Origin: Bacteroidia bacterium
GTDB taxonomy: Bacteria; Bacteroidota; Bacteroidia; 2-12-FULL-35-15
Assembly: GCA_016786925.1 (NCBI GenBank)
Contig: JAEUTU010000052.1
Span: 726 to 64,725 of the forward strand
Direction of reading: 5' to 3'
Length of the DNA: 64,000 nt
Part shown: positions 30,771-40,558 of the stretch, piece after piece
Position numbering within the stretch: position 1 is the first letter of the stretch
Layout of the letters: each line of letters opens with the position of its first letter
Notes under the pieces: generated by a model
The model's input: only the letters and a program-made list of their open reading frames with translations
Told to the model about the DNA's origin: nothing
Databases searched by the model: none
Program-made: the position numbers and the translations under genes

Positions 30771-33581
30771 TTATTTTACCTTCTCAATGGTTGCAACAAT
30801 TGCAGAAAGGCTTTCTCCTACAATTGGTGCAGGAGCAGACACTGTAAATGGAGCCCCAGCTCTACCCATTTGTAACTGATATGTTGCAGATATATTGGTT
30901 ATCTCCACAAGGAATACCATGGTCATGGGAAGTCCCAATCCTGGCCCATCACCAAATGCTGCACTTTTTCCTTTTGTTGCGCCATCACCATACAAACGAT
31001 ATCCACTCCATACATCAGCATTTGCAGAACGATGCATGATTGTTATACGGTAGATACCAGGTTGACTAAATGTGATATCGGCACTGGAAACACTTAATCC
31101 ATTACTAATTGAAGCACCACTCCAATTTACTGCAGTCCAACTGTTTGATGCAAATGTTTGTGCACCCGCTTCTAATTGAGCATAACTGATTCCACTAATA
31201 ATATTTGCATCAGGAAGTTTTACCCCACCACTTGTGGACTCGATTGTACCTACAACTGATAATTTTTCAGTAGGGGTTGTAGTACCTATACCAACATTGC
31301 CTGCGCCATTAATAATAAATTCCTCAGCATGTCCATGCACCCCAATAGCTGTATAATTTGAAGACAATTTATATTTAAGATACCCTCCGTTGTCTGTTAA
31401 CACTTGACCCAGAGTTATATATTTCTCATCAAATGTGTTTTGAAATGTTGCAATTCTACCATCTCCATTAAAACCTTGAACATAAAGTGGAACTGTAGTG
31501 TTTGGTGTTATTGTTCCCAAAGAAACTGTTTTGGTTGAAAAATCACCATAGATCAATGGAGGATTTGTATTACTATTTGCAATGTATAATTTATTTGAGC
31601 CCGATTCGTTATAACCGGCTTGATAACCAAGAAAAACATTATTCGATCCGGTTGAATTTAAAAAGCTTGCTTCAAAACCAATAACTGTATTATTGCTTCC
31701 GGAACTATTATTCATTAATGCAGCTTTACCTAAAGCTGTATTGTGAAGACCTCCGGCATTGTAGTGCATTGCCCATGCACCTGCAGCTGTATTATCATAC
31801 CCCGTTGTGTTATAGTAAAGAGCATCATAACCCACCGCCACGTTAGAATATCCTGTTGTATTCTCTACCATAGTTGCATACCCCAAAGCTGTATTCAAAT
31901 TTCCACTTATATTCTTCGTCAAAGCACCTTCCCCCACTGCCGTATTTTGAACACCGGTTGTATTTGCTTTCATTGCCTCTTTTCCCATAACGGTATTACT
32001 ACTACCTGATGTATTAGATTGCAAAGCCCAATAACCAACTGCTGTATTATTATTCCCTGTGTTTGCCGAAGTTGTGGTAGAACCTCTTAAGGCTTCATAA
32101 CCGACAGCTACATTGTAATTTGTATAACCGGTTGCGGTACTATTAGCATATCGCAAAGCTCCTGTTCCAATCGCTGTAGCTCTATTACCTGCCACATTTG
32201 AATACAGTGCATTTACACCCATTGCTACATTCTCCGAACCGGATGTAGTATTATAATTTGCCTGATAACCTAAACTTGAATTATTAGAACCACTTGTGTT
32301 TTTATTTGACGAAAGACCACCAATCGCTGTATTATACATACCGGTTGTATTCAGTCCCAGTGCAGTATAGCCTATAGCCGAGTTCATATCACCTGTTGTG
32401 CTTACAGCCATTGCTCCATGTCCGATCGCTACATTGGCTCCACCTGAAGTATTCGCTTGCATAGCAACATGACCGATCGCAATATTTGCATTCCCTGTTC
32501 CTGAATTACTATTCTCATAAGCATAAGAACCAATAGCGATATTCCACTTTCCAACAGCACTCGCATTACCGGCTCTATAACCTAAATACACATTGTCCAA
32601 CAAATGATCGATCTTTCCTGCTTTTTGATTATTGACTTTAACATTAAAAGGCACATTATCTGTTGTTCCAATAAAATTTGTTCCATCTACAGTTCCTGCA
32701 TTTCCGGTTCTTGACCAAGCTGTCAGAGCACCATCTGCACCTGTTGCTCCTGTACTACCGGTTACACCAACTAAACCTTGTGCACCAATTGCTCCCGTTG
32801 CGCCTGTACTACCTGTTACACCCATTAAGCCTTGTGCGCCTGTAGCACCTGTTGCACCTGTTGCGCCTGTACTACCTGTTAAACCAGCTAACCCTTGTGA
32901 TCCTGTTGAACCAGTTGCGCCTGTACTACCTGTTACACCTACTAAGCCTTGTGCTCCTGTGGCACCAGTTACTCCTGTACTACCTGTTGCACCTACTAAA
33001 CCCTGGGCTCCTGTAGCACCAGTTGATCCAGTACTACCCGTTACACCATCAACACCGTTATTTCCTGTTGGACCAACCAATCCCTGCGAACCAGTTGCAC
33101 CTGTAGCGCCATCGACTCCATTCAGTCCATCATTTCCGGTGGCGCCTGTTGCTCCTGTCGTACCTGTTGCACCTGCCGGTCCCGGGATAGAACTACCTGA
33201 TGTTTCCGCATACAAAGCATACGGAACACTCAACAACTGAGTAGCACCACTGATCGTATAATTTGCTCCTCCTGTTGGATCAATATAAGTTGCTATAAAA
33301 TAAGGTCCGGTCGACCAATCAATTCCTGACAAAGGATTTATTGTTCCGATCTCGATCGACATTAAACCATTTGCATTGGTACTTGCGGTTTGTGTTTCCG
33401 TATAGATCATAGTACCTGTTGGACCACCTAAAAGAATATCAACACGGATACCGATATTAGTATTACTTACTAGCACACCAGCGGCATCACGAACAACAGC
33501 CTGATAGGTCATCTTTTGTGGAGCTTGCGCAAATACATTTACACAAACGATCAGAAATAAAAATGTAATAAGTTTTTTCAT
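30771..33581 (-). CDS. Secreted fibre-like protein: QAPQKMxYQAVVRD N-domain, collagen-like stalk, 14-aa beta-helix repeats, C1q/BclA-like tip
   Basis: Signal peptide; about 51 Gly-X-Y triplets; NTA(V/I)GxxALxxNTxG repeats; [10 protein letters not shown]; no YPNP-type CTD. The tip fold assignment is tentative. Confidence 0.85.
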   Translation of the reverse strand: MKKLITFLFLIVCVNVFAQAPQKMTYQAVVRDAAGVLVSNTNIGIRVDILLGGPTGTMIYTETQTASTNANGLMSIEIGTINPLSGIDWSTGPYFIATYIDPTGGANYTISGATQLLSVPYALYAETSGSSIPGPAGATGTTGATGATGNDGLNGVDGATGATGSQGLVGPTGNNGVDGVTGSTGSTGATGAQGLVGATGSTGVTGATGAQGLVGVTGSTGATGSTGSQGLAGLTGSTGATGATGATGAQGLMGVTGSTGATGAIGAQGLVGVTGSTGATGADGALTAWSRTGNAGTVDGTNFIGTTDNVPFNVKVNNQKAGKIDHLLDNVYLGYRAGNASAVGKWNIAIGSYAYENSNSGTGNANIAIGHVAMQANTSGGANVAIGHGAMAVSTTGDMNSAIGYTALGLNTTGMYNTAIGGLSSNKNTSGSNNSSLGYQANYNTTSGSENVAMGVNALYSNVAGNRATAIGTGALRYANSTATGYTNYNVAVGYEALRGSTTTSANTGNNNTAVGYWALQSNTSGSSNTVMGKEAMKANTTGVQNTAVGEGALTKNISGNLNTALGYATMVENTTGYSNVAVGYDALYYNTTGYDNTAAGAWAMHYNAGGLHNTALGKAALMNNSSGSNNTVIGFEASFLNSTGSNNVFLGYQAGYNESGSNKLYIANSNTNPPLIYGDFSTKTVSLGTITPNTTVPLYVQGFNGDGRIATFQNTFDEKYITLGQVLTDNGGYLKYKLSSNYTAIGVHGHAEEFIINGAGNVGIGTTTPTEKLSVVGTIESTSGGVKLPDANIISGISYAQLEAGAQTFASNSWTAVNWSGASISNGLSVSSADITFSQPGIYRITIMHRSANADVWSGYRLYGDGATKGKSAAFGDGPGLGLPMTMVFLVEITNISATYQLQMGRAGAPFTVSAPAPIVGESLSAIVATIEKVK
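32724..33182 (-). repeat. Collagen-like Gly-X-Y coding repeat
   Basis: About 51 uninterrupted triplets from GPA to GAL, with an 18-aa super-repeat [18 protein letters not shown]. Confidence 0.92.
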
Positions 33582-33584
33582 GGT

Positions 33585-34061
33585 TTAGTTTTTAATGATC
33601 TTGAATACTTTCACTTCTTTATTATTGAAAACAACTTTTATAAAATAAATCCCTTGTGGTAATTCATTAAATTGGATCTCGGTGCGTGAAGCAGATATTT
33701 TTTTTTCGCTGATTAATTTACCGGTAACATCTGTTAACATATAAAACACTTTCGTAAGATCAGTTTGATCAATAATTAACACCAGCTGATCAACAACCGG
33801 ATTGGGATAAGCATTTATTGATAATTGTATAGTCGTATTTACAATGCCTGTAACAACCATAATTTCATAGGGTTGCTGAACCCCTTCTGTAATCGTTCCT
33901 GACGCAGATGTTTTTGTTTGATGATCAATCTGACCTATAGAAAAACTAACACTTCCACCGGAACCACTTATATCGGCACCACCGGCAACCGTATTCTGTT
34001 GAGAAAATAAACTATGTGATAAAAAGAAAAGTATGATCAGAGAAAAAAAACGGATAGCCAT
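33585..34061 (-). CDS. Small T9SS type-A sorted protein
   Basis: Signal peptide; GGADISGSGGSVSFSIGQ...ITEGVQQP mini-domain; AYPNPV...DVTGK...QGIYFIKV...KIIKN. Confidence 0.88.
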   Translation of the reverse strand: MAIRFFSLIILFFLSHSLFSQQNTVAGGADISGSGGSVSFSIGQIDHQTKTSASGTITEGVQQPYEIMVVTGIVNTTIQLSINAYPNPVVDQLVLIIDQTDLTKVFYMLTDVTGKLISEKKISASRTEIQFNELPQGIYFIKVVFNNKEVKVFKIIKN

Positions 34062-34258
34062 TTTGTTTATATTTTCAACAAAAGTGCATCAAAAAAAAAG
34101 CATGCACACTGACTCACATCAGAAAAAAACATGATTATTATCAGGAATAAATCAGAGAATATGTCCCAAATAAATTTTTTAAAAACACATGATAAATTCG
34201 ATTCTAAAATTCGTTTTAGTAATTAAACTAAAAAAAAACAATACAGAAGTCACAAATT

Positions 34259-34357
34259 GGACTCCATTTAGTTTCACTTGATTGTCGCCCTATTAAATGG
34301 GCTATCAGGGATTTCACCCTCTCGAATAGAGCCTCCGAAGTCCTTCCATTAAACAGG
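34259..34357 (-). ncRNA. Candidate structured RNA (unassigned)
   Basis: Crossing complementary segments found by eye (see findings); no known family recognised. Confidence 0.3.
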
Positions 34358-34447
34358 ATTCAAATTCATTAGTTATAAATAATTTCATCTAAACCTTTTA
34401 CGGATAATTGATTATAGACAATGTTGATTATACTTTTGGGACAATGA

Positions 34448-36085
34448 TTAGTCGATTAGCACAACCTTTTTTGTTCTAACTAAAGTTTCACCTTCAACTA
34501 ATTGAAGAAAATAAACTCCTGCCGGCAAATCGCCACGCTGTAATACAAAAGAATACCCGTATATATTATTTGCTTCTTTTACTTGCCTTCCCAAACAGTC
34601 ATATAGCTTCAGGCTAATGTTATACAATTCACTTTCGGATTGTATCATCAATATTGATGAAAATGGATTTGGATAAATAGAAATCAATTCTTGAGCTTTT
34701 AAAGAAACGGATGAAGTTGCAATGTTACCAATTTTCCAAATTTCTCTTCCAAAAGATCCATCGTTTGCAGAAAAAAACAATACTCCATTTACGTTTTCAA
34801 GTGCATCGGGTCTTGATGAAGCTGTGGGATGAATATCCTGAACTAACAAAGTACCTGAATTCGTACCATCGCTTTTCCATAATTCCAACCCAATTGTTCC
34901 GTCATTTGCTGCAAAATAAAGTGTGTCATTTACATTTATTAATGATGGGGGATAAAATATTCCATTATTAGCCCCAAGATTAATATCCCTAACTAAAACA
35001 GTTCCTAATTGGGTACCATCTGTTTTCCATAGCTCTGACCCAACACTCCCGTCATTTGCTACAAAAAACAAATTGGCATTTGAATTTAAAAGTGTAAATT
35101 GACTGGGAGCAGCTCCTCCACTTGGATTAATATTTTTTAACATGGTTGTACCAAGATCAGTTCCATCACTAAGCCATATTTCGCTTCCATTAGTTCCATC
35201 ATCTGCCGTTAAAACGAGTTTGTTGTTAAAAACTTTTACCGGAGTAGCATTTGAAGCTGAGCTTCCAACATTAATATCTTTTACTAAAACTGTTCCGATA
35301 GATGTCCCATCTGTTTTCCATAATTCATAACCATTTGTCCCATCATTCGCCCCAAAATATAAATTATTGTCATAAACAACATAACCGAAAGGTTGTGAGC
35401 CACTACTGCCAGTCCGAATGTCTTTTACCATGACTGTTCCTACTGTTGTTCCATCGCTTGTCCACAACTCTACACCCGCAACTCCATCATTAGCACTGAG
35501 AAAAATTTTTCCATTATACACAGACATTATTCCAGGTATAATGTTTTTAATTTTCACAGTTCCAACAGCAGTTCCATCGGTTTTCCATAATTCATTGCTC
35601 CCCGATGTTCCATCATTCGCTGAAAAATAAACAGATCCTGACAACTCTGTGAAGCCAGATGGATTAGAATTATTTAATCCTAAATTTATATCCTTTACCA
35701 TTGTCGTACCGGCAAAAGTTCCATCACTTTTCCATAATTCGGCTCCATGAATTCCATCATCTGCTCTAAAATACAATGTACCATTCATATTTTTTAGACC
35801 AAATGGATTAGAACTACTACTACCAGAGTTAATGTCTTTCACTAGAATTGTCCCCCCTACAGTTCCGTCACTCATCCACAATTCTCTTCCACTGACACCA
35901 TCAGAAGCAACAAAAAATGCAATACCATTTACATTAACAATTGGTGTAGAATTATAATTCAAAGAACTATCTGTACCACTATAAACATCAGTGATCATAG
36001 ATGTCTGAGCATCTAGAGAAAAAGAAAGCATTGTAAAAAGAGTTACAACAATTGAAAAATGGTTTAATCGTAATTTATAGTTCAT
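34448..36085 (-). CDS. ELWxxDGT repeat protein with T9SS type-A CTD
   Basis: Eight E(L/I)Wx(S/T)DGT..GT..(V/I)K(D/N)I repeats; IYPNPF...AGVYFLQL...KKVVLID. Confidence 0.93.
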   Translation of the reverse strand: MNYKLRLNHFSIVVTLFTMLSFSLDAQTSMITDVYSGTDSSLNYNSTPIVNVNGIAFFVASDGVSGRELWMSDGTVGGTILVKDINSGSSSSNPFGLKNMNGTLYFRADDGIHGAELWKSDGTFAGTTMVKDINLGLNNSNPSGFTELSGSVYFSANDGTSGSNELWKTDGTAVGTVKIKNIIPGIMSVYNGKIFLSANDGVAGVELWTSDGTTVGTVMVKDIRTGSSGSQPFGYVVYDNNLYFGANDGTNGYELWKTDGTSIGTVLVKDINVGSSASNATPVKVFNNKLVLTADDGTNGSEIWLSDGTDLGTTMLKNINPSGGAAPSQFTLLNSNANLFFVANDGSVGSELWKTDGTQLGTVLVRDINLGANNGIFYPPSLINVNDTLYFAANDGTIGLELWKSDGTNSGTLLVQDIHPTASSRPDALENVNGVLFFSANDGSFGREIWKIGNIATSSVSLKAQELISIYPNPFSSILMIQSESELYNISLKLYDCLGRQVKEANNIYGYSFVLQRGDLPAGVYFLQLVEGETLVRTKKVVLID

Positions 36086-36241
36086 ACTTAATTTGTCGGT
36101 GATTACAGTGCTGACTCCGCACTATTTAAATCCAGCTTTTTTATTTTAACATTCGCGATTTATATGTTTTATAACCGCAAAGATAAATGGATAAAGAAGG
36201 GATAACGAGTAAACAATCTCCCAAAATTCAAATTTCTTACT

Positions 36242-36270
36242 AAAAAAAATCCCCGTCATACGACAGGGAT
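36242..36270 (-). terminator. Intrinsic terminator after glyA
   Basis: A8 followed by TCCCCGTC-ATAC-GACAGGGA; the C/A mismatch reads as a G-U pair on the minus strand. Confidence 0.7.
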
Positions 36271-36296
36271 CTTAATTGTTATTAAAACGCTAAATA

Positions 36297-37589
36297 TTAT
36301 GAAAACAAAGGGAAATCCTTCATCATCTTATTCACTTCTTTTCTTACCTCGAGGATCACCTTTTCATTATCGTGGTTCATCAACACTTTATCGATCAAAT
36401 TCACAATCTTCGGAATATGTTTTTCTTTTAATCCTCGGGTAGTAATAGCTGCTGCTCCTACACGGATACCAGATGTTACAAATGGTGATTTATCATCAAA
36501 TGGCACCATATTCTTATTAACTGTAATATCAGCTTTTACAAGTGTATTTTCTGCTAATTTCCCTGTCAATGGAGCTAAACCATTCGGTATTTTTTTTGAA
36601 CGCAAGTCGATCAACATACAATGATTATCCGTTCCACCACTGATCACTTTGTATCCTTTTTCTACAAAACACTCTGCCATCAACTTCGCATTTTTCATCA
36701 CCTGCACACAATATTTTAAATAGCTATCTTCCAATGCTTCTCCATAAGCAACTGCCTTGGCAGCAATTACATGCTCTAACGGACCGCCTTGAGTACCAGG
36801 GAACACAGCAGCATCCAACAACTGTGACATCATTTTGATCTCTCCTTTTGGAGTTTTTTCACCAAATGGATTCGGGAAATCTTTCCCCATCATGATCATT
36901 CCACCGCGTGGTCCACGCAATGTTTTATGTGTAGTAGTTGTTACAATGTGGCAATATGGCAATGGATCGTTCAATAATCCACGTGCGATCAATCCGGATG
37001 GATGTGAAATATCGGCCATTAACAAAGCACCCACTTTGTCTGCTATCTTACGGAATGTTTTGTAATCCCAGTCACGTGAATAAGATGATGCACCACAAAT
37101 GATCAATTTCGGCTTTTCGCGCAATGCGATCTCTTCTACTTTTTTCATATTCACACGTCCAGTTTTTTCCTCTACGCCATAAAAACTTGGAACATATAAT
37201 TTTCCGGAAAAGTTAACAGGTGAACCATGTGTTAAATGGCCACCATGCGAAAGGTCGAATCCTAAAATTTTATCGCCTGGTTTTAACACCGCTAACATAA
37301 CAGCCGCATTCGCTTGTGCTCCCGAGTGTGGTTGTACGTTCACCCATTCTGCATTGAATAATTGCTTTGCACGGTCGATGGCTAATTGTTCTACTTTATC
37401 TACTACCTCACAGCCACCATAATAACGTTTGTGAGGTAATCCCTCAGCATATTTATTGGTAAGTACGCTTCCCATCGCTTTCATCACTTGCTCGCTCACA
37501 TAATTTTCGGATGCGATCAATTCAATACCAACTGTTTGACGTTTTTTCTCTTCAGCAATTAAATTAAAAATGGCGGTGTCTTTTTTCAT
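36297..37589 (-). CDS. glyA: Serine hydroxymethyltransferase
   Basis: LIASEN, NKYAEG, GGHLTHG and [14 protein letters not shown] motifs. Confidence 0.98.
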   Translation of the reverse strand: MKKDTAIFNLIAEEKKRQTVGIELIASENYVSEQVMKAMGSVLTNKYAEGLPHKRYYGGCEVVDKVEQLAIDRAKQLFNAEWVNVQPHSGAQANAAVMLAVLKPGDKILGFDLSHGGHLTHGSPVNFSGKLYVPSFYGVEEKTGRVNMKKVEEIALREKPKLIICGASSYSRDWDYKTFRKIADKVGALLMADISHPSGLIARGLLNDPLPYCHIVTTTTHKTLRGPRGGMIMMGKDFPNPFGEKTPKGEIKMMSQLLDAAVFPGTQGGPLEHVIAAKAVAYGEALEDSYLKYCVQVMKNAKLMAECFVEKGYKVISGGTDNHCMLIDLRSKKIPNGLAPLTGKLAENTLVKADITVNKNMVPFDDKSPFVTSGIRVGAAAITTRGLKEKHIPKIVNLIDKVLMNHDNEKVILEVRKEVNKMMKDFPLFS

Positions 37590-37657
37590 AATGATGTTGT
37601 ATTAATATTTTGAGGAATATCTATTTAACGGGTACAAAAGTAGGAAAAAAATGGGAA

Positions 37658-37761
37658 TTGAGGATTGGGGATTTGAGGATTCAGGATTTGAGGATTCAGG
37701 ATTTGAGGATTGGGGATTTGAGGATTGGGGATTTGAGGATTTTGGATTTAGGATTCTGGAT
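37658..37761 (+). repeat. 15-bp tandem repeat, about 7 copies
   Basis: TTGAGGATT(GG/CA/TT)GGAT x6 plus a 14-bp degenerate copy. Confidence 0.92.
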
Positions 37762-37766
37762 TGGAT

Positions 37767-38011
37767 GTCAGTTCGAGTGGCGAGGAACGAGCTGTATCGA
37801 GAACGATTGGAATAAAAAACGCTCTGCTCCTAACCGCAAAGGACACAAAGTTTTTCGCAAAGCAACGCAGAGGGTTCTACGAAATACGATTGTGAGATAC
37901 TATTATCCCTTCTCCTCCGGAGTTGGCCGTGGAGATGTCAAATCTTTGAGGTGATAACACTGGCAAAAGCATAAAGATGCTATTACTCCTTCGGAGAGGG
38001 CCGGGAAGAGG
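37767..38011. repeat. Cluster of REP-like short elements
   Basis: GTCAGTTCGAGTG...GTATCGAGAAC (37767-37804); AACCGCAAAGGACACAAAG...CGCAAAGCAACGCAGAG (37832-37872); two imperfect CTCCTYCGGAG..GGCCG copies (about 37896-37937 and 37976-38011). Confidence 0.55.
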
Positions 38012-38023
38012 TATACTAATTAG

Positions 38024-38497
38024 CTAATTAACCTCTTTCTCCGCAAGCATAAAAGCAGGGATCAATACCATTAGCACCACCGGTGATTGTGCTAGGCCCA
38101 TTAAAAAGCGGGCGATCTCGTACATTCTTTCCAATGACGAGGGTACCATCCAGCCTATTATCATAAACAAACCCGAAAGGACAGTTAAACCTGCAAAAGC
38201 AAAAAGTACGATACGATTGTAATTCCTGTTACTAAAAAGGTATTGAATAGTATACCTGCTAATGAAATAGAAAACAGCTGCAAATACGAGTGTAAACAAC
38301 CATTTCAAATTGAGTACTGCGTCATAATCAAAGGATTCAAAAAAGCGCAGATGAGCAGGCATCGGATAATCCATTTCATAGTCCCATGCCAGTAGCATAG
38401 CATTTACTGTTCTGAAAAAATAATCGCGGTAAAAACTGATGAAAACGATCAGCGTTACAATGAGCAACAATACAAAATATTTATTCTTTTTTTGCAT
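38024..38497 (-). CDS. Membrane protein resembling exosortase (XrtF/XrtX)-associated proteins
   Basis: Four TM segments; C-terminal YEIARFLMGLAQSPVVLMVLIPAF. Family assignment is from recalled resemblance only. Confidence 0.55.
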   Translation of the reverse strand: MQKKNKYFVLLLIVTLIVFISFYRDYFFRTVNAMLLAWDYEMDYPMPAHLRFFESFDYDAVLNLKWLFTLVFAAVFYFISRYTIQYLFSNRNYNRIVLFAFAGLTVLSGLFMIIGWMVPSSLERMYEIARFLMGLAQSPVVLMVLIPAFMLAEKEVN

Positions 38498-40518
38498 TAT
38501 TTGCCGACTATAACAAACTCTGTTCTACGATTTTTAGCTCTACCTGCTTCTGTTGAATTATCAGCAATCGGAACACTGGCACCAAATCCTTTAAAAGCGA
38601 TCAAACGTTTTTCACTGATCCCTTTTTCCAACAGTTTATCACGCACAGTAAAGGCACGGTCGGTACTCAAAGCCAGGTTATCCTTCGGATTACCTACATT
38701 ATCAGTATGTCCGTGTATCTCGATCTTGATCGTTGGATTTGCTTTTAAAAACTCCACAAATTCATCAATAACGATCAACGAACGCGGTTCCATATCAGCT
38801 GAATTCGTTTTATAGTAAATATTATCTAACAAATACTTTTTCCCTACAGCAATTGTATCTGCGACAATCGGTTTAATTGGTAAGGGTTTGGTGTTTTTTA
38901 TTGAATCCTTCATTACCAGCTGTGAACTGAAAGCATAATTATCTTTTTTCACCGTAACGATGAGATCATTCTTGGCTTTATTGTTTACTACAACAGCAAA
39001 GTCGCCCGTAGTAGAATCAACCACAGCGGTTGTTACTTTTTTTGTAACGGCATCTTTTACCTCTACGGTAAAATTCTTTACTTCACCTTGTGCCTTGTCT
39101 TCCACCTTTCCTTTGATAAAGGCGACATCCTGCGGACGGGCTTCTTTGTACAATTCAAATGAAAACAGATCGTATTTACCCACTGAGCGACCTTTTGTGC
39201 GATTAGGTTCATTGGAAGCAAAATATCCTAAATGACCATCTGTGCTCACAAAAAAACCAAGATCATCACCCACCGTATTGATCGGAACACCAATGTTTTT
39301 GGGTTCGGCCCACTTACCATCTTCTCCTTTACGGGAAAAGAAAATATCAAAACCACCTACACCCGGATGACCGTCCGAGCTAAAATACATGGTCTCAAAA
39401 TCGGAGTGAATAAAGGGTGATTTTTCATCGAAAGGCGTATTGATCACTGGACCTAAATTCTCGGGCTTACTCCACATTCCGGTAGCCTTATCTTTTACTG
39501 TTTTATAAATATCTACTCCTCCTCTACCTCCTTTTCGGTCGCTGGCAAAATAAAGTGTTACTCCATCCGATGCCAATGTGGGTTGTGAATCCCAATAAAC
39601 CGGATCATTGATTCCTTCTACTTTTTCAATCTCGGTCCATTCACCATTTACCATATCAGAATGATAGATATCGCAATTGACCTGAGCTCCACCTTCATCC
39701 TTACAGATCGTAAAATATAAATGTTTATTATCAATACTCATGGTTGCACCGCCTTGTCCGCCTTGCTTATTGAATGGATAGGTCATACGACTTCCTTTCG
39801 TAAACTGTCCGGTTTTATCACGCTTGCTATAACTGAACAATTCTATTTCCTGATCGGTAGTCATGCCTGCAATCCCATCTTTATTTACATATGGCATTTT
39901 ACGTGTAAACAAGATCATTTCATCATCGGCAGTGATAATTGGAAGGTATTCGTCATTAGGTGTACAAACACCTGTAACGGGATTCGGATCAAAAGGAACA
40001 GGATTTTTAAAGATCTCACCGTAAAGCTTAGCATACTTTAACATCCTTTTTGCTTCCGAAAGTAAGCCATCATAATTCTTATCGAACTTGTCGGTATTAT
40101 CATCTTTAAAATTCAAAAACTCTTTCAGGTATTTAGCACTTTCTTCCCATTTTTCCTGCTCATAATAACTAAATCCTAAATAGTAATAGGGATTGGAATG
40201 GTATTTCGGACATAACTCTACCACCTTTAAAAAATAAGGTTCCACAGGCTTAAAGGGCTTATCTTCGTATATGAGCGTACGAATACGTTCCATTCCGAAA
40301 GCAAAATTAGCATCCACATAATCCGGCTCCAGCTGAATAGCTTGCTCCAGGAATTTCATGCGATCATCTTTTTTATTCTTTTTATCGATGCCTTGCTCGT
40401 ATAGTTTCTTTGCTTTTTTATTCTCGATCTCCTGACAAGGTTTTTCTCCGTCATCCTGTGCATTAACAAGTAATGCGAATGAAAGAAAAATAAATGTGAG
40501 TGTGAAATACTTTTTCAT
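38497..40518 (-). CDS. TPR-PD40-OmpA family protein (PorE-like)
   Basis: Start moved to MKKYFTL (40518); PD40 motifs; HGHTDNVG..NLALSTDRA..GFG..NRRTEF. Confidence 0.9.
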   Translation of the reverse strand: MKKYFTLTFIFLSFALLVNAQDDGEKPCQEIENKKAKKLYEQGIDKKNKKDDRMKFLEQAIQLEPDYVDANFAFGMERIRTLIYEDKPFKPVEPYFLKVVELCPKYHSNPYYYLGFSYYEQEKWEESAKYLKEFLNFKDDNTDKFDKNYDGLLSEAKRMLKYAKLYGEIFKNPVPFDPNPVTGVCTPNDEYLPIITADDEMILFTRKMPYVNKDGIAGMTTDQEIELFSYSKRDKTGQFTKGSRMTYPFNKQGGQGGATMSIDNKHLYFTICKDEGGAQVNCDIYHSDMVNGEWTEIEKVEGINDPVYWDSQPTLASDGVTLYFASDRKGGRGGVDIYKTVKDKATGMWSKPENLGPVINTPFDEKSPFIHSDFETMYFSSDGHPGVGGFDIFFSRKGEDGKWAEPKNIGVPINTVGDDLGFFVSTDGHLGYFASNEPNRTKGRSVGKYDLFSFELYKEARPQDVAFIKGKVEDKAQGEVKNFTVEVKDAVTKKVTTAVVDSTTGDFAVVVNNKAKNDLIVTVKKDNYAFSSQLVMKDSIKNTKPLPIKPIVADTIAVGKKYLLDNIYYKTNSADMEPRSLIVIDEFVEFLKANPTIKIEIHGHTDNVGNPKDNLALSTDRAFTVRDKLLEKGISEKRLIAFKGFGASVPIADNSTEAGRAKNRRTEFVIVGK

Positions 40519-40558
40519 GTGTAAATAATTTGTATCAAAAACTACAATAATCAAACCA

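Noticed and set aside
32632-33240. 202-aa PVAPVLPV-rich plus-strand ORF
   Set aside because: Antisense reading of the collagen Gly-X-Thr codons.
30771-33581. Prophage, suggested by tail-fibre-like motifs
   Set aside because: The protein has a Sec signal peptide, and no integrase, capsid, terminase or other phage genes are nearby.
34259-34343. tRNA, hammerhead or HDV-ribozyme reading of the structured island
   Set aside because: The 7-bp closing stem lacks T-loop and D-loop consensus; the CUGAUAG...CGACA core deviates from CUGANGA...GAAA; the region after P2 is too long for an HDV P3.
37658-37761. Possible CRISPR array
   Set aside because: Units are contiguous with no unique spacers; no cas genes in the window.
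37610-37954. 114-aa ORF with LRIGD/LRIQD repeats
   Set aside because: Arises from the 15-bp repeat, has a TTG start and overlaps the glyA promoter; no coding evidence.
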